Positions 32,401 through 42,553 of a stretch of 64,000 nt of DNA are shown here, one piece after another. The notes beneath the pieces were generated by a model. It had not been told where the DNA came from. It made no database searches and saw nothing but the letters and a program-made list of their open reading frames with translations. The stretch spans positions 64,001 to 128,000 of the forward strand of contig CAXXVK010000035.1 in NCBI GenBank assembly GCA_963676915.2, written 5' to 3'. Made by a program: the position numbers and the translations under genes. Each line of letters opens with the position of its first letter. The first letter of the stretch is position 1. This stretch comes from Myxococcota bacterium (GTDB lineage Bacteria; Myxococcota_A; SURF-8; G963663525).

Positions 32401-35170
32401 TCCGGTTGGGCAGACAAACGCTTTGCGGAGCTTCCATCGTGGTGGCAACGAGGTTTTTCGGTTTCCTCGATGGTGAAGACGTAGTAATCATCATCGTTGA
32501 GAGGATCTACCTTTGCGATGAAGGCCGAAGGAATCGCTCCTTCGTTGGCTTTCTTCCATCGTATCGTTGGGTTCGATTTCGGCGACCGGAACCTAGTTCC
32601 GTCGTGTCGTCGCTTTCACGGACTTCAAGAATGTAGTTGCCCGTGGGGGCCGTTTCCGGAGTAATGGGCTACCTTAATGTAATAGGTACCCGGAGTGGAC
32701 AGCGTACCCTCGATCTGGGAATAGCGGTTGGGGTAGCCGATGTCGTCGTTGTTGGCCAACTGGGTTCCTTCGGAGTCGTACAGCCAGATTTCCGTATCCA
32801 CGGTCGGCAGAGCGTCACCGGAAGCGTAACAGATACCTTCATCGCAGGTGCCCTGACACAACTCGGTTGCAAATGCGTTCTCCGAACACGCTCTGGCAGG
32901 TGCCGGATTCACAGTCTTCGTCGAGGATACAGGCTTCGCCCGAACTGCCTGAGTTCTTCGGGCTTGATGCGCTCGCACAGGAAGCGTTTTTTCGCTGGCG
33001 CAGAAATGCAGACCCATTTCCCACAGTTCGCCTTCCGTCTGCCATATCGGGTTCCATGCCGACTGTACCGGCAATTGTTCATCTCGGAGTTACGCAGGTC
33101 GAGCATGTCTTCCATCTCGTCCCAGGTGGGATTTGCATCGATCCACTCGCCGCCTTCGGGATCGAGCCATTCGTAGTCGCCTTCGGTGGTGAGGTCGTTC
33201 AGGCCGTTCCACCAAGTATTCTGGGCATCTACATACTGATCGCCGTAGAACAGGTTCATTTCGGCTTCGGAGTTGACCGTCATCAGGTCGCCGCCCCATT
33301 CGCGGCAGAAGGCTGCCGACTGGGACCAGGTGAGGCGGTTGTCGTATCCACTGGCCAGGTATTCTTTGCCGGCCAGTTCGAAGACGACATCTTCCATCGT
33401 GCAGACCATCGAGCCACCGGAGCAAAGACCTTCGGTGCAGATCGTATCGACGGTACATTCGTCGTCATCGTCGCAGGACACACCTTCCATCGGTCCGCTG
33501 GGATTGCTGCAATTTCCGGTGTCCGGGTTGCAGATATCGAGCGTGCAGGGATCGTTGTCGCCACAATCGATGGGAGCGAATTCGACGCAGCCGTCCAAAC
33601 CGGCGTCCGCATGGTTGGGGTGACATTCTTCCCTACCGTTGCAAACGTCGTCATCATTGTTACAGAAGGAGTTGTCCGGCTCATGTACGCAGCCGTTGTC
33701 GGGATCGCAGGAATCGTTCGTGCAGATGATTCCATCGTCGCAGGTATCGGTTTCACCACCGACACATTCGTTTTGATCGTTGCAGGTATCGTTGATCGTG
33801 CAAGGGTCACCGTCCGAGCAGGGATCGCCTTCCGGACAGCTGGTACAGGTCCAATCGCCGGGTTTGCACAATCCGTCCGAACCGCAGGTATCGCCTTCGG
33901 TGCAGTCTTCGCCGTCCGAGCAATCCGTTCCCGGCAGCGGAGTGTGAATGGCTCCAAGGGTGGGATCGCAAGTGTCCTCGGTACAAACGTTATCATCGTC
34001 CAAATCATCGGTTGCAATATCGGTATATACACAACCGGTCTCGTTGCCATCTTCGGCGTTGTCAGGATCGCAGAGGTCTTCGATGGTACATACGTTGTTG
34101 TCGGCGCAGGTCGTGTGATCGGGATAGTTTTTGCATTCTCCCAGGAAATCATCACACAGGTCGAAGGTGCAGGAGAAACCGTCGTCGCAAATGGCGTCAT
34201 CCGGTACATTGTTGCAGCCTTCACCCAGGATACATGCGTCCGCCGTGCAGTCGATATCGTCATCACAGGCCGTATCGTCCGGTTCGTGGGTGCATTCGTA
34301 ACCTGTAGAATCTCCGGTGCATCCGTCGATGGTGCAGGCGATTTCATCGTCGCAATCGGGGATATCCGCATACAAGCAGCCTTGCGTCGTATCGCAGGTT
34401 CCTACACCGTCGCACAGGTCGCCCGTATCGCAGAAGGTGTTATCGGGTTCGTTGGTGCAACCGGTTGCGGTATCGCAGACATCCACGGTGCAATCGACGG
34501 TATCGTCGCACAGCGTGTTGTCCGCCAGGTGTTCGCAAACACCGGATCGGCAAACGTCGTTGGTGCAGGAAATGTCGTCGGTATCGCAGGGCGTATCGTC
34601 CGTAACCGGCGTGTAGTCGCAGGACGTTCCGTTCCAACTGCCGGTCATGCAGGGGTTGGTGGATACGCAGGAAGGAACTTCTTCCTCTTCCGCTTCGATC
34701 TCATCGGCTTCTTCGATTTCATCCACGTCATCCGTGTCGTCTACGTCGTCCGTGACATCCACGTCATCCGTGTCGTCTACATCGTCCGTGACATCCACAT
34801 CATCCGTGTCGTCTACGTCGTCCGTGACATCCACATCATCCGTGTCGTCTACGTCGTCCGTGACATCCACATCATCCGTGTCGTCCACGTCGTCCGTGAC
34901 ATCCACATCATCCGTGACATCCACATCATCCGTGTCGTCCACGTCGTCCGTGTCGTCCACGTCGTCCGTGACATCCACGTCATCCGTGACATCCACGTCG
35001 TCCGTGTCGTCAACGTCATCCACCACGTCTTCGTCCGCCGCCGGAACGGTATCGGTTTCCTGATCTCCCGTAACGGACACGTTGCCATCGTCGCCACCGC
35101 AACCGAAGGCGTTCAGCGTCAGAAATACAAATAGCAACAGACACGGACTGAGTGTTCTCCAAAGGTTCAT
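26434..35170 (-). pseudogene. Giant (~2900 aa) surface lipoprotein gene, multiply frameshifted: acidic repeat, CTDC repeats, C-type lectin, Cys-rich modules, about a dozen PPC-like beta domains
   Basis: RBS + MNLWR...AFG-C lipobox at 35170; consecutive - strand ORFs (32909, 32625, 31400, 31368, 31141, 30521, 30349, 29978, 29101, 28622, 28462, 26434) continue the same motifs across frame switches; may be intact in vivo if indels are sequencing errors. Confidence 0.8.
34721..35020 (-). repeat. Coding tandem repeat of 18-bp units (DDVDDT / DDVDVT), 16 full units plus one partial
   Basis: Read directly from DNA and from translation of ORF 32909..35230. Confidence 0.95.
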
Positions 35171-35479
35171 GAGAATCCCTCCTGCAAACAAGTAACCTAC
35201 CGGTAGTAACCCTACGTAAAATTTATGCAAAACGATACAGTCATGGATAAGCCAGAGTTATATAATCTAATTGGTAGGGATGGGTTCTGTCAAGCTTAAG
35301 CCTGCTCACGATGGAGTATTTCTTGTCGGAAAGACTCCATTCTGCCGGATTTTTCGCATCTTTTTCACCTTTCCTTGACAGGGTGAAGACGAGTGAAATA
35401 AAACATTCTAGTTGAAAAGCATCGAACCAAAAAAAACTGAAGTTCCGCGAGTTCCATACCGTGTAAAAGGAGAATTCGT

Positions 35480-37258
35480 ATGTCGAGTACCAATCCGTAT
35501 TATGTTGACGAGTCGTGTCCCTGGTTCGCAAAAGAAGCCGGTTGGCCTGAGGAAGTCCCTAAAAATATTGACTTTCCCCAGATTACCTTGGGAGAATTGT
35601 TACGGGAAACCGCACAAAAATACCCCAACGAAATGGCGATCTGGTTCCAGGATACCTGGATGACCTACCGGGAACTGGACAACCTCGTCGATCGTGTCGC
35701 CACAGGCTTTCACAAACTCGGCCTCGAAAAGGGCGATGTCGTCAGCTTGCTGCTTCCCAACAGCTTCCAGTATGTCGTCTGTTACTATGCTTGTATGCGC
35801 CTGGGATGCATCGCCTCGGGAATCAACCCGACCTACAAGCCCCAGGAAGTGCTTCACCAGTTGAAAACGGTGGGAACCAAAGCCATCGTCGTCCTGGATG
35901 TTCTGTACGAAAGCGGCTTGGCCCCGATTCTCGACCAAACCGACGTCAAAACCCTGATCGGGACAAACATCACCGATATGATGAAGCTTCCCTGGTGGAA
36001 GAAAAAGCTCGGTAGCGCCCTGGGAAAAATCCCCCAGGCCGAACTTCCCTCCGGGACGGTGCCGCTGGCCGATCTGATGAAAACCACCCCGAATCTTCCC
36101 AAAGTGCAGATCGATGTCACCGATACCGCCACCTACATTATGACGGGTGGAACCACCGGTGTGCCCAAAGCCGCCGTGTTGAGCCATGAAAATCTGGTCT
36201 GCAATGCCATTCAGGTCAAAGCCTGGATCTACAAAGTCAAACCCGGTTGCTGCAACGTGGGTGTGCTGCCGCTGTTCCACAGCTTCGCGATGACGGCGGT
36301 CATGAACAGTTCCATCGCCGTCGGTGCGTACATGTTGCTGTTTCCGCGTCCTCCGGCAACGGAAGAACTGGTCGAGAAAATCCTGGAATACGCCAAAGAC
36401 GATGGAACCATGTACTGTGGCGCGGAAATTCTGTTCCAGAAAATGGCGGAGTTGCCGGGTATCGAAACCATGGGAATCAATCGGAAATTGGCTCTTTGCG
36501 TTTCCGGCGCCGGACCGCTGCACCGCCCGGTTCAGGAGGAATACGAGCGAAAAACGGGATCTCGTCTGGTCGAAGGCTATGGCCTGACGGAATCCTCCCC
36601 CGTTATTTCCGCCGGTCCGTTCTGGGGCAACCGAAAAATCGGCACCATCGGTCTACCTTTCACCGGCACCGAATGGCGCATCGTGGACATCAGCGACCCG
36701 GCCGTTACGAAAGAAGCCTGTCCCGAAGGTGAAGAGCCGGACGAAGAAAAACACATCGGCGAAATCGCCGCCGCCGGGCCGCAAGTCATGGTAGGCTATT
36801 TGAACAAACCCGAGGAAACCGCCGAAACCATTGTGGAAATGGACGGAAAACGATGGCTGCTGACCGGTGATATCGGTTTTATGGACCCACAAGGTCGTAT
36901 TACGATTCGGGACCGGAAAAAACAGTTGATCAAATACAAAGGATATTCCGTATTCCCCAAAGAAGTCGAGGAGTTGGTGGGAATGCACGAATCCGTCCGG
37001 GAAGTGGCCGTCGCCGGATTGCCGGACAAAGAGACTGGTGAACGAATCAAAGCCTGGGTCGTTCTGAAAGACGATTACAAAGGCAAAATGACCATCGAGG
37101 AGTTGTCGAAATGGTGCAAAGAGTCGATGACGCACTACAAGGTTCCGTCGTATCTCGAATTCATCGATGAATTGCCGAAAACCCTCGTTGGTAAAGTTCT
37201 GCGGCGCGAATTGCAGGAAAAAGACCCCATTTATCAGGAATGGTCGAAAAAAGACTGA
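35480..37258 (+). CDS. fadD: Long-chain fatty acid-CoA ligase (FadD-like)
   Basis: MTGGTTGVPKA P-loop, EGYGLTE, LLTGDIG, DRKKQLI, LPKTLVGKVLRR; AGGAG RBS. Confidence 0.9.
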   Translation: MSSTNPYYVDESCPWFAKEAGWPEEVPKNIDFPQITLGELLRETAQKYPNEMAIWFQDTWMTYRELDNLVDRVATGFHKLGLEKGDVVSLLLPNSFQYVVCYYACMRLGCIASGINPTYKPQEVLHQLKTVGTKAIVVLDVLYESGLAPILDQTDVKTLIGTNITDMMKLPWWKKKLGSALGKIPQAELPSGTVPLADLMKTTPNLPKVQIDVTDTATYIMTGGTTGVPKAAVLSHENLVCNAIQVKAWIYKVKPGCCNVGVLPLFHSFAMTAVMNSSIAVGAYMLLFPRPPATEELVEKILEYAKDDGTMYCGAEILFQKMAELPGIETMGINRKLALCVSGAGPLHRPVQEEYERKTGSRLVEGYGLTESSPVISAGPFWGNRKIGTIGLPFTGTEWRIVDISDPAVTKEACPEGEEPDEEKHIGEIAAAGPQVMVGYLNKPEETAETIVEMDGKRWLLTGDIGFMDPQGRITIRDRKKQLIKYKGYSVFPKEVEELVGMHESVREVAVAGLPDKETGERIKAWVVLKDDYKGKMTIEELSKWCKESMTHYKVPSYLEFIDELPKTLVGKVLRRELQEKDPIYQEWSKKD

Positions 37259-37293
37259 TTTTTGCGTCTAACAAAAACTTAATCTAAACTTAA

Positions 37294-37320
37294 GGGATCG
37301 TCGGTTGGCGATCCCGTTTT
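37294..37320 (+). terminator. Probable intrinsic terminator after fadD
   Basis: GGGATCGTC-GGTT-GGCGATCCC then GTTTT. Confidence 0.65.
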
Positions 37321-37385
37321 CATTTCCGATATTTCGTGTAAGGGCTAGGGATGCGTGGTTTGCATTCTGTTACGGAGAAGGTTTC

Positions 37386-38474
37386 ATGCAGAAAAAGGAA
37401 ATTATCTGCGGTTGGGTGATCTGGAGTGCCGTTTTTTGCCTCATAAGCGGAATCTTTGCCGCTTGTGGGGAAGGTGACTCGTCCGAAAACGATACGGGAA
37501 TTGGGGATGAGGATGAGGATGTGGAACAGGAATTGTCCGAAGAAATTCCCCGGCCGGAATATCCCTTGGACGACACTTTGCGCATCAACGAAATCCAGGT
37601 CAAGGGAACCCATAACAGCTATCACGTCTTTGAGGGAGAGCCTCAGCCGGTATTCGGAGGGAATCTAGCTCCTTTGGACGTGCAGGCCGAACAACAGGGG
37701 GTCAGGCAGTTCGAAATCGACGTTCATTACGATCCCGACAAGGGATTTCTGGTGTACCACACGGTATTGGGAGATGCCGGTTCCAATTGTGAAACATTGT
37801 TGGAGTGCCTGACGTTGCTTAAAAACTGGTCCGACGATCATCCCGGTCACCATGTGCTGTTCATCTTTATCGAGCCGAAAGACGATTCTTCGCCTTTGCA
37901 ACTGGTGGGGCGATCCGACGACCTGGACGACTTGATCGAGTCGGTCTGGCCGCCGGAACGACTGATTCGGCCCGACGATGTTCGGGGTGATTACGCCACG
38001 TTGCGTGAAGCGATCGAAAACGATGGTTGGCCGACGATGGCCGAGGGGCGCGACAAAGCACTGTTCATCTACTTCGATTCCGACGAATACCGCGACGATT
38101 ACCTTGAGGACCATCCGAACGCCGAGGGACGCACGATGTTTCCCCGGTCGGACAAAAAGCTTGATTCAACCATCGGGGCGTTCGTCAATTTCGACGATCC
38201 CATCAGCGACGCTGACCGAATCGCGCAATTCGCCGAAGCCGGGTTCCTGATTCGGACCCGAACCGATGTCGCCGGAGACGAACCCGCCAAAGGCGACCGG
38301 TCGCGCATCGACGCAGCGTTGGCCTCGGCGGCTCAGATGATCAGTACCGATTATCCTGTTTTGACGGATCTTTTCGATTTTTCGTTCGATATTCCCGAAG
38401 GAAATCCGAGTCGTTGCAATCCGCTGCTCGCCCCGGAAGACTGTACGGTGGAAGATGTCGAAAACCTTCCGTAA
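37386..38474 (+). CDS. PI-PLC-like phosphodiesterase lipoprotein (Ca-dependent PI-PLC family)
   Basis: Lipobox FAA-C; KGTHNSYH, GVRQFEIDVH, WSDDHPGH, AQMISTDYP. Confidence 0.85.
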   Translation: MQKKEIICGWVIWSAVFCLISGIFAACGEGDSSENDTGIGDEDEDVEQELSEEIPRPEYPLDDTLRINEIQVKGTHNSYHVFEGEPQPVFGGNLAPLDVQAEQQGVRQFEIDVHYDPDKGFLVYHTVLGDAGSNCETLLECLTLLKNWSDDHPGHHVLFIFIEPKDDSSPLQLVGRSDDLDDLIESVWPPERLIRPDDVRGDYATLREAIENDGWPTMAEGRDKALFIYFDSDEYRDDYLEDHPNAEGRTMFPRSDKKLDSTIGAFVNFDDPISDADRIAQFAEAGFLIRTRTDVAGDEPAKGDRSRIDAALASAAQMISTDYPVLTDLFDFSFDIPEGNPSRCNPLLAPEDCTVEDVENLP

Positions 38475-38588
38475 TTGCAAAGGAAAACGTATTTATTGCT
38501 TATAAGGTTAGAAAAAATCTTGGAGCTTGCGAAGATCTCCATAGAATGATGAAACCAACGTGAAACGAAACCTCATACCGGAAAAACC

Positions 38589-39725
38589 ATGAAAATCGTA
38601 TTCAAAATCCTCATGGTGGTGTTCTACCTGATTCTTGCCGAAGTGGCGGTGCGTATGTTCTGGGTTCAACCCCCGGAAAACTACATCGTGCAGGGAAATC
38701 ACCCTACGTTGCATCACATTCCCAAAGGGTGGGCGCTCGACGCGCTGAAAGACCACGATTTCCGCAACCGTCCCTATAAAGTGGAAAAAAAGCCGGGAGT
38801 TCGCCGCATTGTATTCATGGGGGATTCGTTTACCTATGGATTCACTCCGGCCAAAGAAACCATTCCTTTTCATTTCAATCGGGAGCTGATGCAGCGATAC
38901 GGCGAGGTGAAGGCGGAAGTGCTCAACTTCGGATTCATCAGCTATTCTCCGGCGATTCATCAGGCGTTATGGGGACAGTATGTGAAAAGGCTCCACCCCG
39001 ACGTGGTGATCCTGCTGCTCGATACCTTCGATTTTCAGGACGATCTTGCCTATTCGCGTACCAGTGTAACGGATGAAAACGGCTTCACGCTTTCGGTAGC
39101 GGGAGGAGAATGGATTCAGGACGATTGGGACAGCGTTCGCCTCGTGCGTTTCGTCCGCTTTTTCATTCAGTACCTGAAAAACGGCCTGTCTGCTCTCTCC
39201 AAGCCGGAAACCTATGCTGGACGGGTGCGGTTCATCAACGAAGAAAATCCCCATCCCGAGATTTTGAACAGAGGACTGAACAATATCCGAATGCTGGCCG
39301 AAGCGGTCGAGGCCGATGGCGGACAGTTTATCCTGTTCCATTATCCGCCGCCGCTATTGCTTCAGGATCTAAGCGATTTCGAGGATTTTGCCAACGGCTG
39401 GACGGCGGGAACGAGTTTTAAAGCGAAAAACTACAGTATTCCTAAGCATTTGGAGAAATTTTCCAAACAAAACGACATTCCGTTTTTCGAGTTCGAACCC
39501 GAAGTTCGCAAAATGGAAGCCAGTCTAAAAGGGCGTAGTTCAACGCTGATTTACAACAACGCCGACGGACATTTCACCCCCTGGGCCAACCGCGTGTTCG
39601 CCGGGTTCATTCTGGACAAGATCTCGCCCGTGCTCGAAAAACTGGACGTGTTTCCAAAGGCTCCACCCAAAGAGAAACCTGTGGAAAATTCAAAGGAAAC
39701 CGAGACAACGCTGGAGAAGAAATAG
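38589..39725 (+). CDS. SGNH/GDSL hydrolase family protein, membrane anchored
   Basis: GDSFTYG block I, VLNFG..SY, DGHF catalytic block; N-terminal TM. Confidence 0.85.
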   Translation: MKIVFKILMVVFYLILAEVAVRMFWVQPPENYIVQGNHPTLHHIPKGWALDALKDHDFRNRPYKVEKKPGVRRIVFMGDSFTYGFTPAKETIPFHFNRELMQRYGEVKAEVLNFGFISYSPAIHQALWGQYVKRLHPDVVILLLDTFDFQDDLAYSRTSVTDENGFTLSVAGGEWIQDDWDSVRLVRFVRFFIQYLKNGLSALSKPETYAGRVRFINEENPHPEILNRGLNNIRMLAEAVEADGGQFILFHYPPPLLLQDLSDFEDFANGWTAGTSFKAKNYSIPKHLEKFSKQNDIPFFEFEPEVRKMEASLKGRSSTLIYNNADGHFTPWANRVFAGFILDKISPVLEKLDVFPKAPPKEKPVENSKETETTLEKK

Positions 39726-39730
39726 GAAAA

Positions 39731-40732
39731 TCACTCTTCCCGTTCGGCGATGATTTCGCTTAGCACCAGTGGGTTGTCGGTGATGATGCCGTCCACGCCC
39801 ATGTCGAGCAGAGCGCGCATTTCATCGGGATCGTTGATCGTCCAGACCTGAACGCGGATACCGAAACGGTGTGCGCGGGCCAAGGCATTCGGTTCGATGT
39901 CCGGCACCTGGAAAAACGGACAGGGAGGCACGTAATCGGCTTCCGTGGTGTCGTCGAGGACGGAAAACGTCACCATCTCACCCGTGGGCGCGCCGGTAAT
40001 GATGTCCGGGCGCTTTTCTCGCACTTCCTGGACGGTGATATCGGCAAAAGCCACGAGGATGACGTGCTCCGCCATGTCGGTTTCGTCGAGAATCTCGATG
40101 ACGCTATCCACGATCGAAGGGTTGGCCTGCTTGATTTCCACGGTGTAAAACATCTCGGGGAAAGCTTCCAGCACCTCTTTGAACGTGGGAATCACCACGC
40201 CTTGCCCCCGGTAAGGATGCGTCTCGCCTCCATCAGGGGAGAACTTGTATCCCGCATCGAACGTTCGCAGCTTTTCGAACGTCATTTCCCGAATGGTTCC
40301 GGACCCATCCGTCATGCGATCCACGGTGGAGTCGTGTTGCAAAACCACCACGCCGTCGCTTGTGGCGTGAAGATCCAACTCGAACAGATCCGCGCCCACC
40401 TCCTTGGCTTTCTCGAAGGCCGGTATGGTTTCTTCGGGGGCCAGATCTCCGCCGCCACGGTGGGCGATGTTCACGAATTTTCCGGTGAGAAGAGGATGAT
40501 CTTCGGGAAAATCGAAGTATTGGACTACAGGATCGCTCAGTTCCTCGAGTTCGTTTTCCTCGGACTCCTCCTCTTGCGCGATCTCGTCTCCATCGCCAGG
40601 AGTGATGTTGTCGTTCGTGTCGTCGTCGTCGCCGGAACAGGCACCCAAGAGGCTCAAAGCACTGAATAGCGCAAGAAAAGCCAATGTTTTCAGAAGGTTG
40701 GTAGGGTTCATGATTTTCTCGTTTTCTTTCAT
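39731..40732 (-). CDS. Glycerophosphodiester phosphodiesterase lipoprotein
   Basis: Lipobox LGA-C; IAHRGG, ELDLHATSDG..HD, VEIK, WTIND, GVDGIITD; ATGA overlap with upstream stop. Confidence 0.93.
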   Translation of the reverse strand: MKENEKIMNPTNLLKTLAFLALFSALSLLGACSGDDDDTNDNITPGDGDEIAQEEESEENELEELSDPVVQYFDFPEDHPLLTGKFVNIAHRGGGDLAPEETIPAFEKAKEVGADLFELDLHATSDGVVVLQHDSTVDRMTDGSGTIREMTFEKLRTFDAGYKFSPDGGETHPYRGQGVVIPTFKEVLEAFPEMFYTVEIKQANPSIVDSVIEILDETDMAEHVILVAFADITVQEVREKRPDIITGAPTGEMVTFSVLDDTTEADYVPPCPFFQVPDIEPNALARAHRFGIRVQVWTINDPDEMRALLDMGVDGIITDNPLVLSEIIAEREE

Positions 40733-41790
40733 TCAAGATCGCCGGAAGTACAGGTTTCCGGCGCGGTTAAAGGATTGCAACGCAGGGGGTCGGCATCGGG
40801 AATGTCCACCCAATAGTCCTGATTCTCCACCGGAGCGGGAAAATCCGTACTGATGAATTGTGCCCCGCTACGAATCGCATCTTCCAATCGTGAGGTATCG
40901 TTGTTCAGCGCCTGATCGCAACAGACATCCGCCCTTGTTCTTACAACGAATCCGGCTTCGACGGCTTCACGAATCTCGTCTTGTTCGGAGGTGGGATCGT
41001 TCATAGGCATCACGGCGGCGAAACTGTCGCCGGGACCTGAATCCGTGAACATCAATGCTCCAGCCAACTCGGGAAACGCTTCCAGATATCGGGTTCGAAA
41101 ATCTCCCCGAGTGTGAGCGTGCAGTAGGAATTTTCCTCGTATTTCTCCCAGGTTGGGCCAGCCGTCGGTTTCGATGGCTTCTTTGAGCGTCGTATGATTC
41201 TTGCGTACATCATCGGGTGTAAGCAGGTCATTGCGTTCGAAAACGGACAAAATATCCTGCTCGACTTCTTCCCAGGTAAGTTCCTGTGGGTTGACCATCA
41301 CCATGTTGGACATTTCCAGCAGGACGAGGGGAGGAAGATGGCAGGGATGAGCCTCGGACCAGGTTTTCATCTCCGTCAGACAGTCCACAAGATAGCGGCA
41401 GGTGCTTTCTTCATCCACCATAGGGATGTGGTAAACCCGCAACGGTTCGCCCTCGACTTTGTGGATGTCGAGTTCGAACTGCCGGATGCCCATGTCCAAC
41501 TGTACCGCTAAAGGTTGGTGGGTGTAAAGGTGCTCGGGGTGACTGCCCGTTTCCCGTTGAATGTGATAGCTGTTGTGGGTTCCTTTGCCTTGGATATGGT
41601 TGTATCGTAAGGTTTCGTCATTCGGGTAATTGCATGAAATTACATCGGATTCGAGTGATTCTACGGTTTCCGAATCGTTGTCGCCGTCCAGTTGCCTGTC
41701 GTGATCCTCATTTTCCAGACAGGAAACTATACCCAGGGAAATCCATGCAAGTACAAAGAGTATTGGGATGGAAATATGCCGACCAGCCAT
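40729..41790 (-). CDS. Second PI-PLC-like phosphodiesterase lipoprotein (paralog of 37386-38474)
   Basis: Lipobox IVS-C; KGTHNSYH, GIRQFELDIH, GAQFISTDFP, RCNPLTAPETCT shared with first copy. Confidence 0.85.
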   Translation of the reverse strand: MAGRHISIPILFVLAWISLGIVSCLENEDHDRQLDGDNDSETVESLESDVISCNYPNDETLRYNHIQGKGTHNSYHIQRETGSHPEHLYTHQPLAVQLDMGIRQFELDIHKVEGEPLRVYHIPMVDEESTCRYLVDCLTEMKTWSEAHPCHLPPLVLLEMSNMVMVNPQELTWEEVEQDILSVFERNDLLTPDDVRKNHTTLKEAIETDGWPNLGEIRGKFLLHAHTRGDFRTRYLEAFPELAGALMFTDSGPGDSFAAVMPMNDPTSEQDEIREAVEAGFVVRTRADVCCDQALNNDTSRLEDAIRSGAQFISTDFPAPVENQDYWVDIPDADPLRCNPLTAPETCTSGDLE

Positions 41791-42031
41791 TGTTGAAATG
41801 CTTCTTTTCTTACGTAGTACCTTCTTTGCCTTTATATCGATTGCTAACGGCAATCTAGCGAAATCTTAACACGAGCAAACAAGGGATTCGCAAGATTTTT
41901 CGAACAGAAGAAGGAAAAACGAAAGGAGTTCCGGCACCTGGGAAAATGAAATGCTCGGTGGGTGGAATTCGAAATGAAAAAACCGGCGTTGGGATACGCC
42001 GGGAGATGAAAAAGTTAAGAATCAGGCAGGG

Positions 42032-42409
42032 TTACTTGAGCATATCCAGCAGCTTCAGGATTTCGCCGAAGGTTCGTTGCGCAAACTTCCCGTACCCGAG
42101 TTCGGTCAGTCCCCAGGCAATGACCAGGGAAAAGATGAAATACAGCAGGGAAACACCCAGCCCCGTAAAGAATCCGACGCGCAGGATGAGCATGAATCCC
42201 ACCCCCGAAAGCACAAAGGCTACAACGCTGCCGTACATCGGTGCGATAAGCAAACCCAAGTAATACAGGAAACTTGCGGCAACCAAAGCCACGAGACACC
42301 ACGCAAAACTTCGTCTCTTTGCTTCGACCAGACCGGCGGCAAATCGGACGGGCAGCAACAAAACCACGAAACTGACGGCAAAGACGACGAGGGCGTTGAG
42401 TTCGGGCAT
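42032..42409 (-). CDS. Small membrane protein (about 4 TM)
   Basis: 125-aa hydrophobic ORF with GGGGAA RBS-like sequence. Confidence 0.7.
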   Translation of the reverse strand: MPELNALVVFAVSFVVLLLPVRFAAGLVEAKRRSFAWCLVALVAASFLYYLGLLIAPMYGSVVAFVLSGVGFMLILRVGFFTGLGVSLLYFIFSLVIAWGLTELGYGKFAQRTFGEILKLLDMLK

Positions 42410-42553
42410 GACGTTCCCCTGAAAGAATTTTTTATGATTTGGAAGAAAGTTACAATTTCACGAAAGAAGTATAGCGCAACTGTCGAAATGGGGCAACTTG
42501 GAGTATTTTACCCAACAACCCATCCGGTAGTTCAGATTGATCAACCTATTCCA

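Noticed and set aside
32970-33390. C-type lectin as a diversity-generating retroelement target
   Set aside because: No reverse transcriptase and no template-repeat copy seen in the window; the domain is internal
34721-35020. Possible CRISPR array
   Set aside because: Contiguous coding repeats without unique spacers; no cas genes; REP clusters also lack repeat-spacer periodicity
26434-35170. Selenocysteine UGA read-through as the cause of ORF fragmentation
   Set aside because: Junctions inspected change reading frame; stops fall after the frame is lost, not at conserved Cys positions
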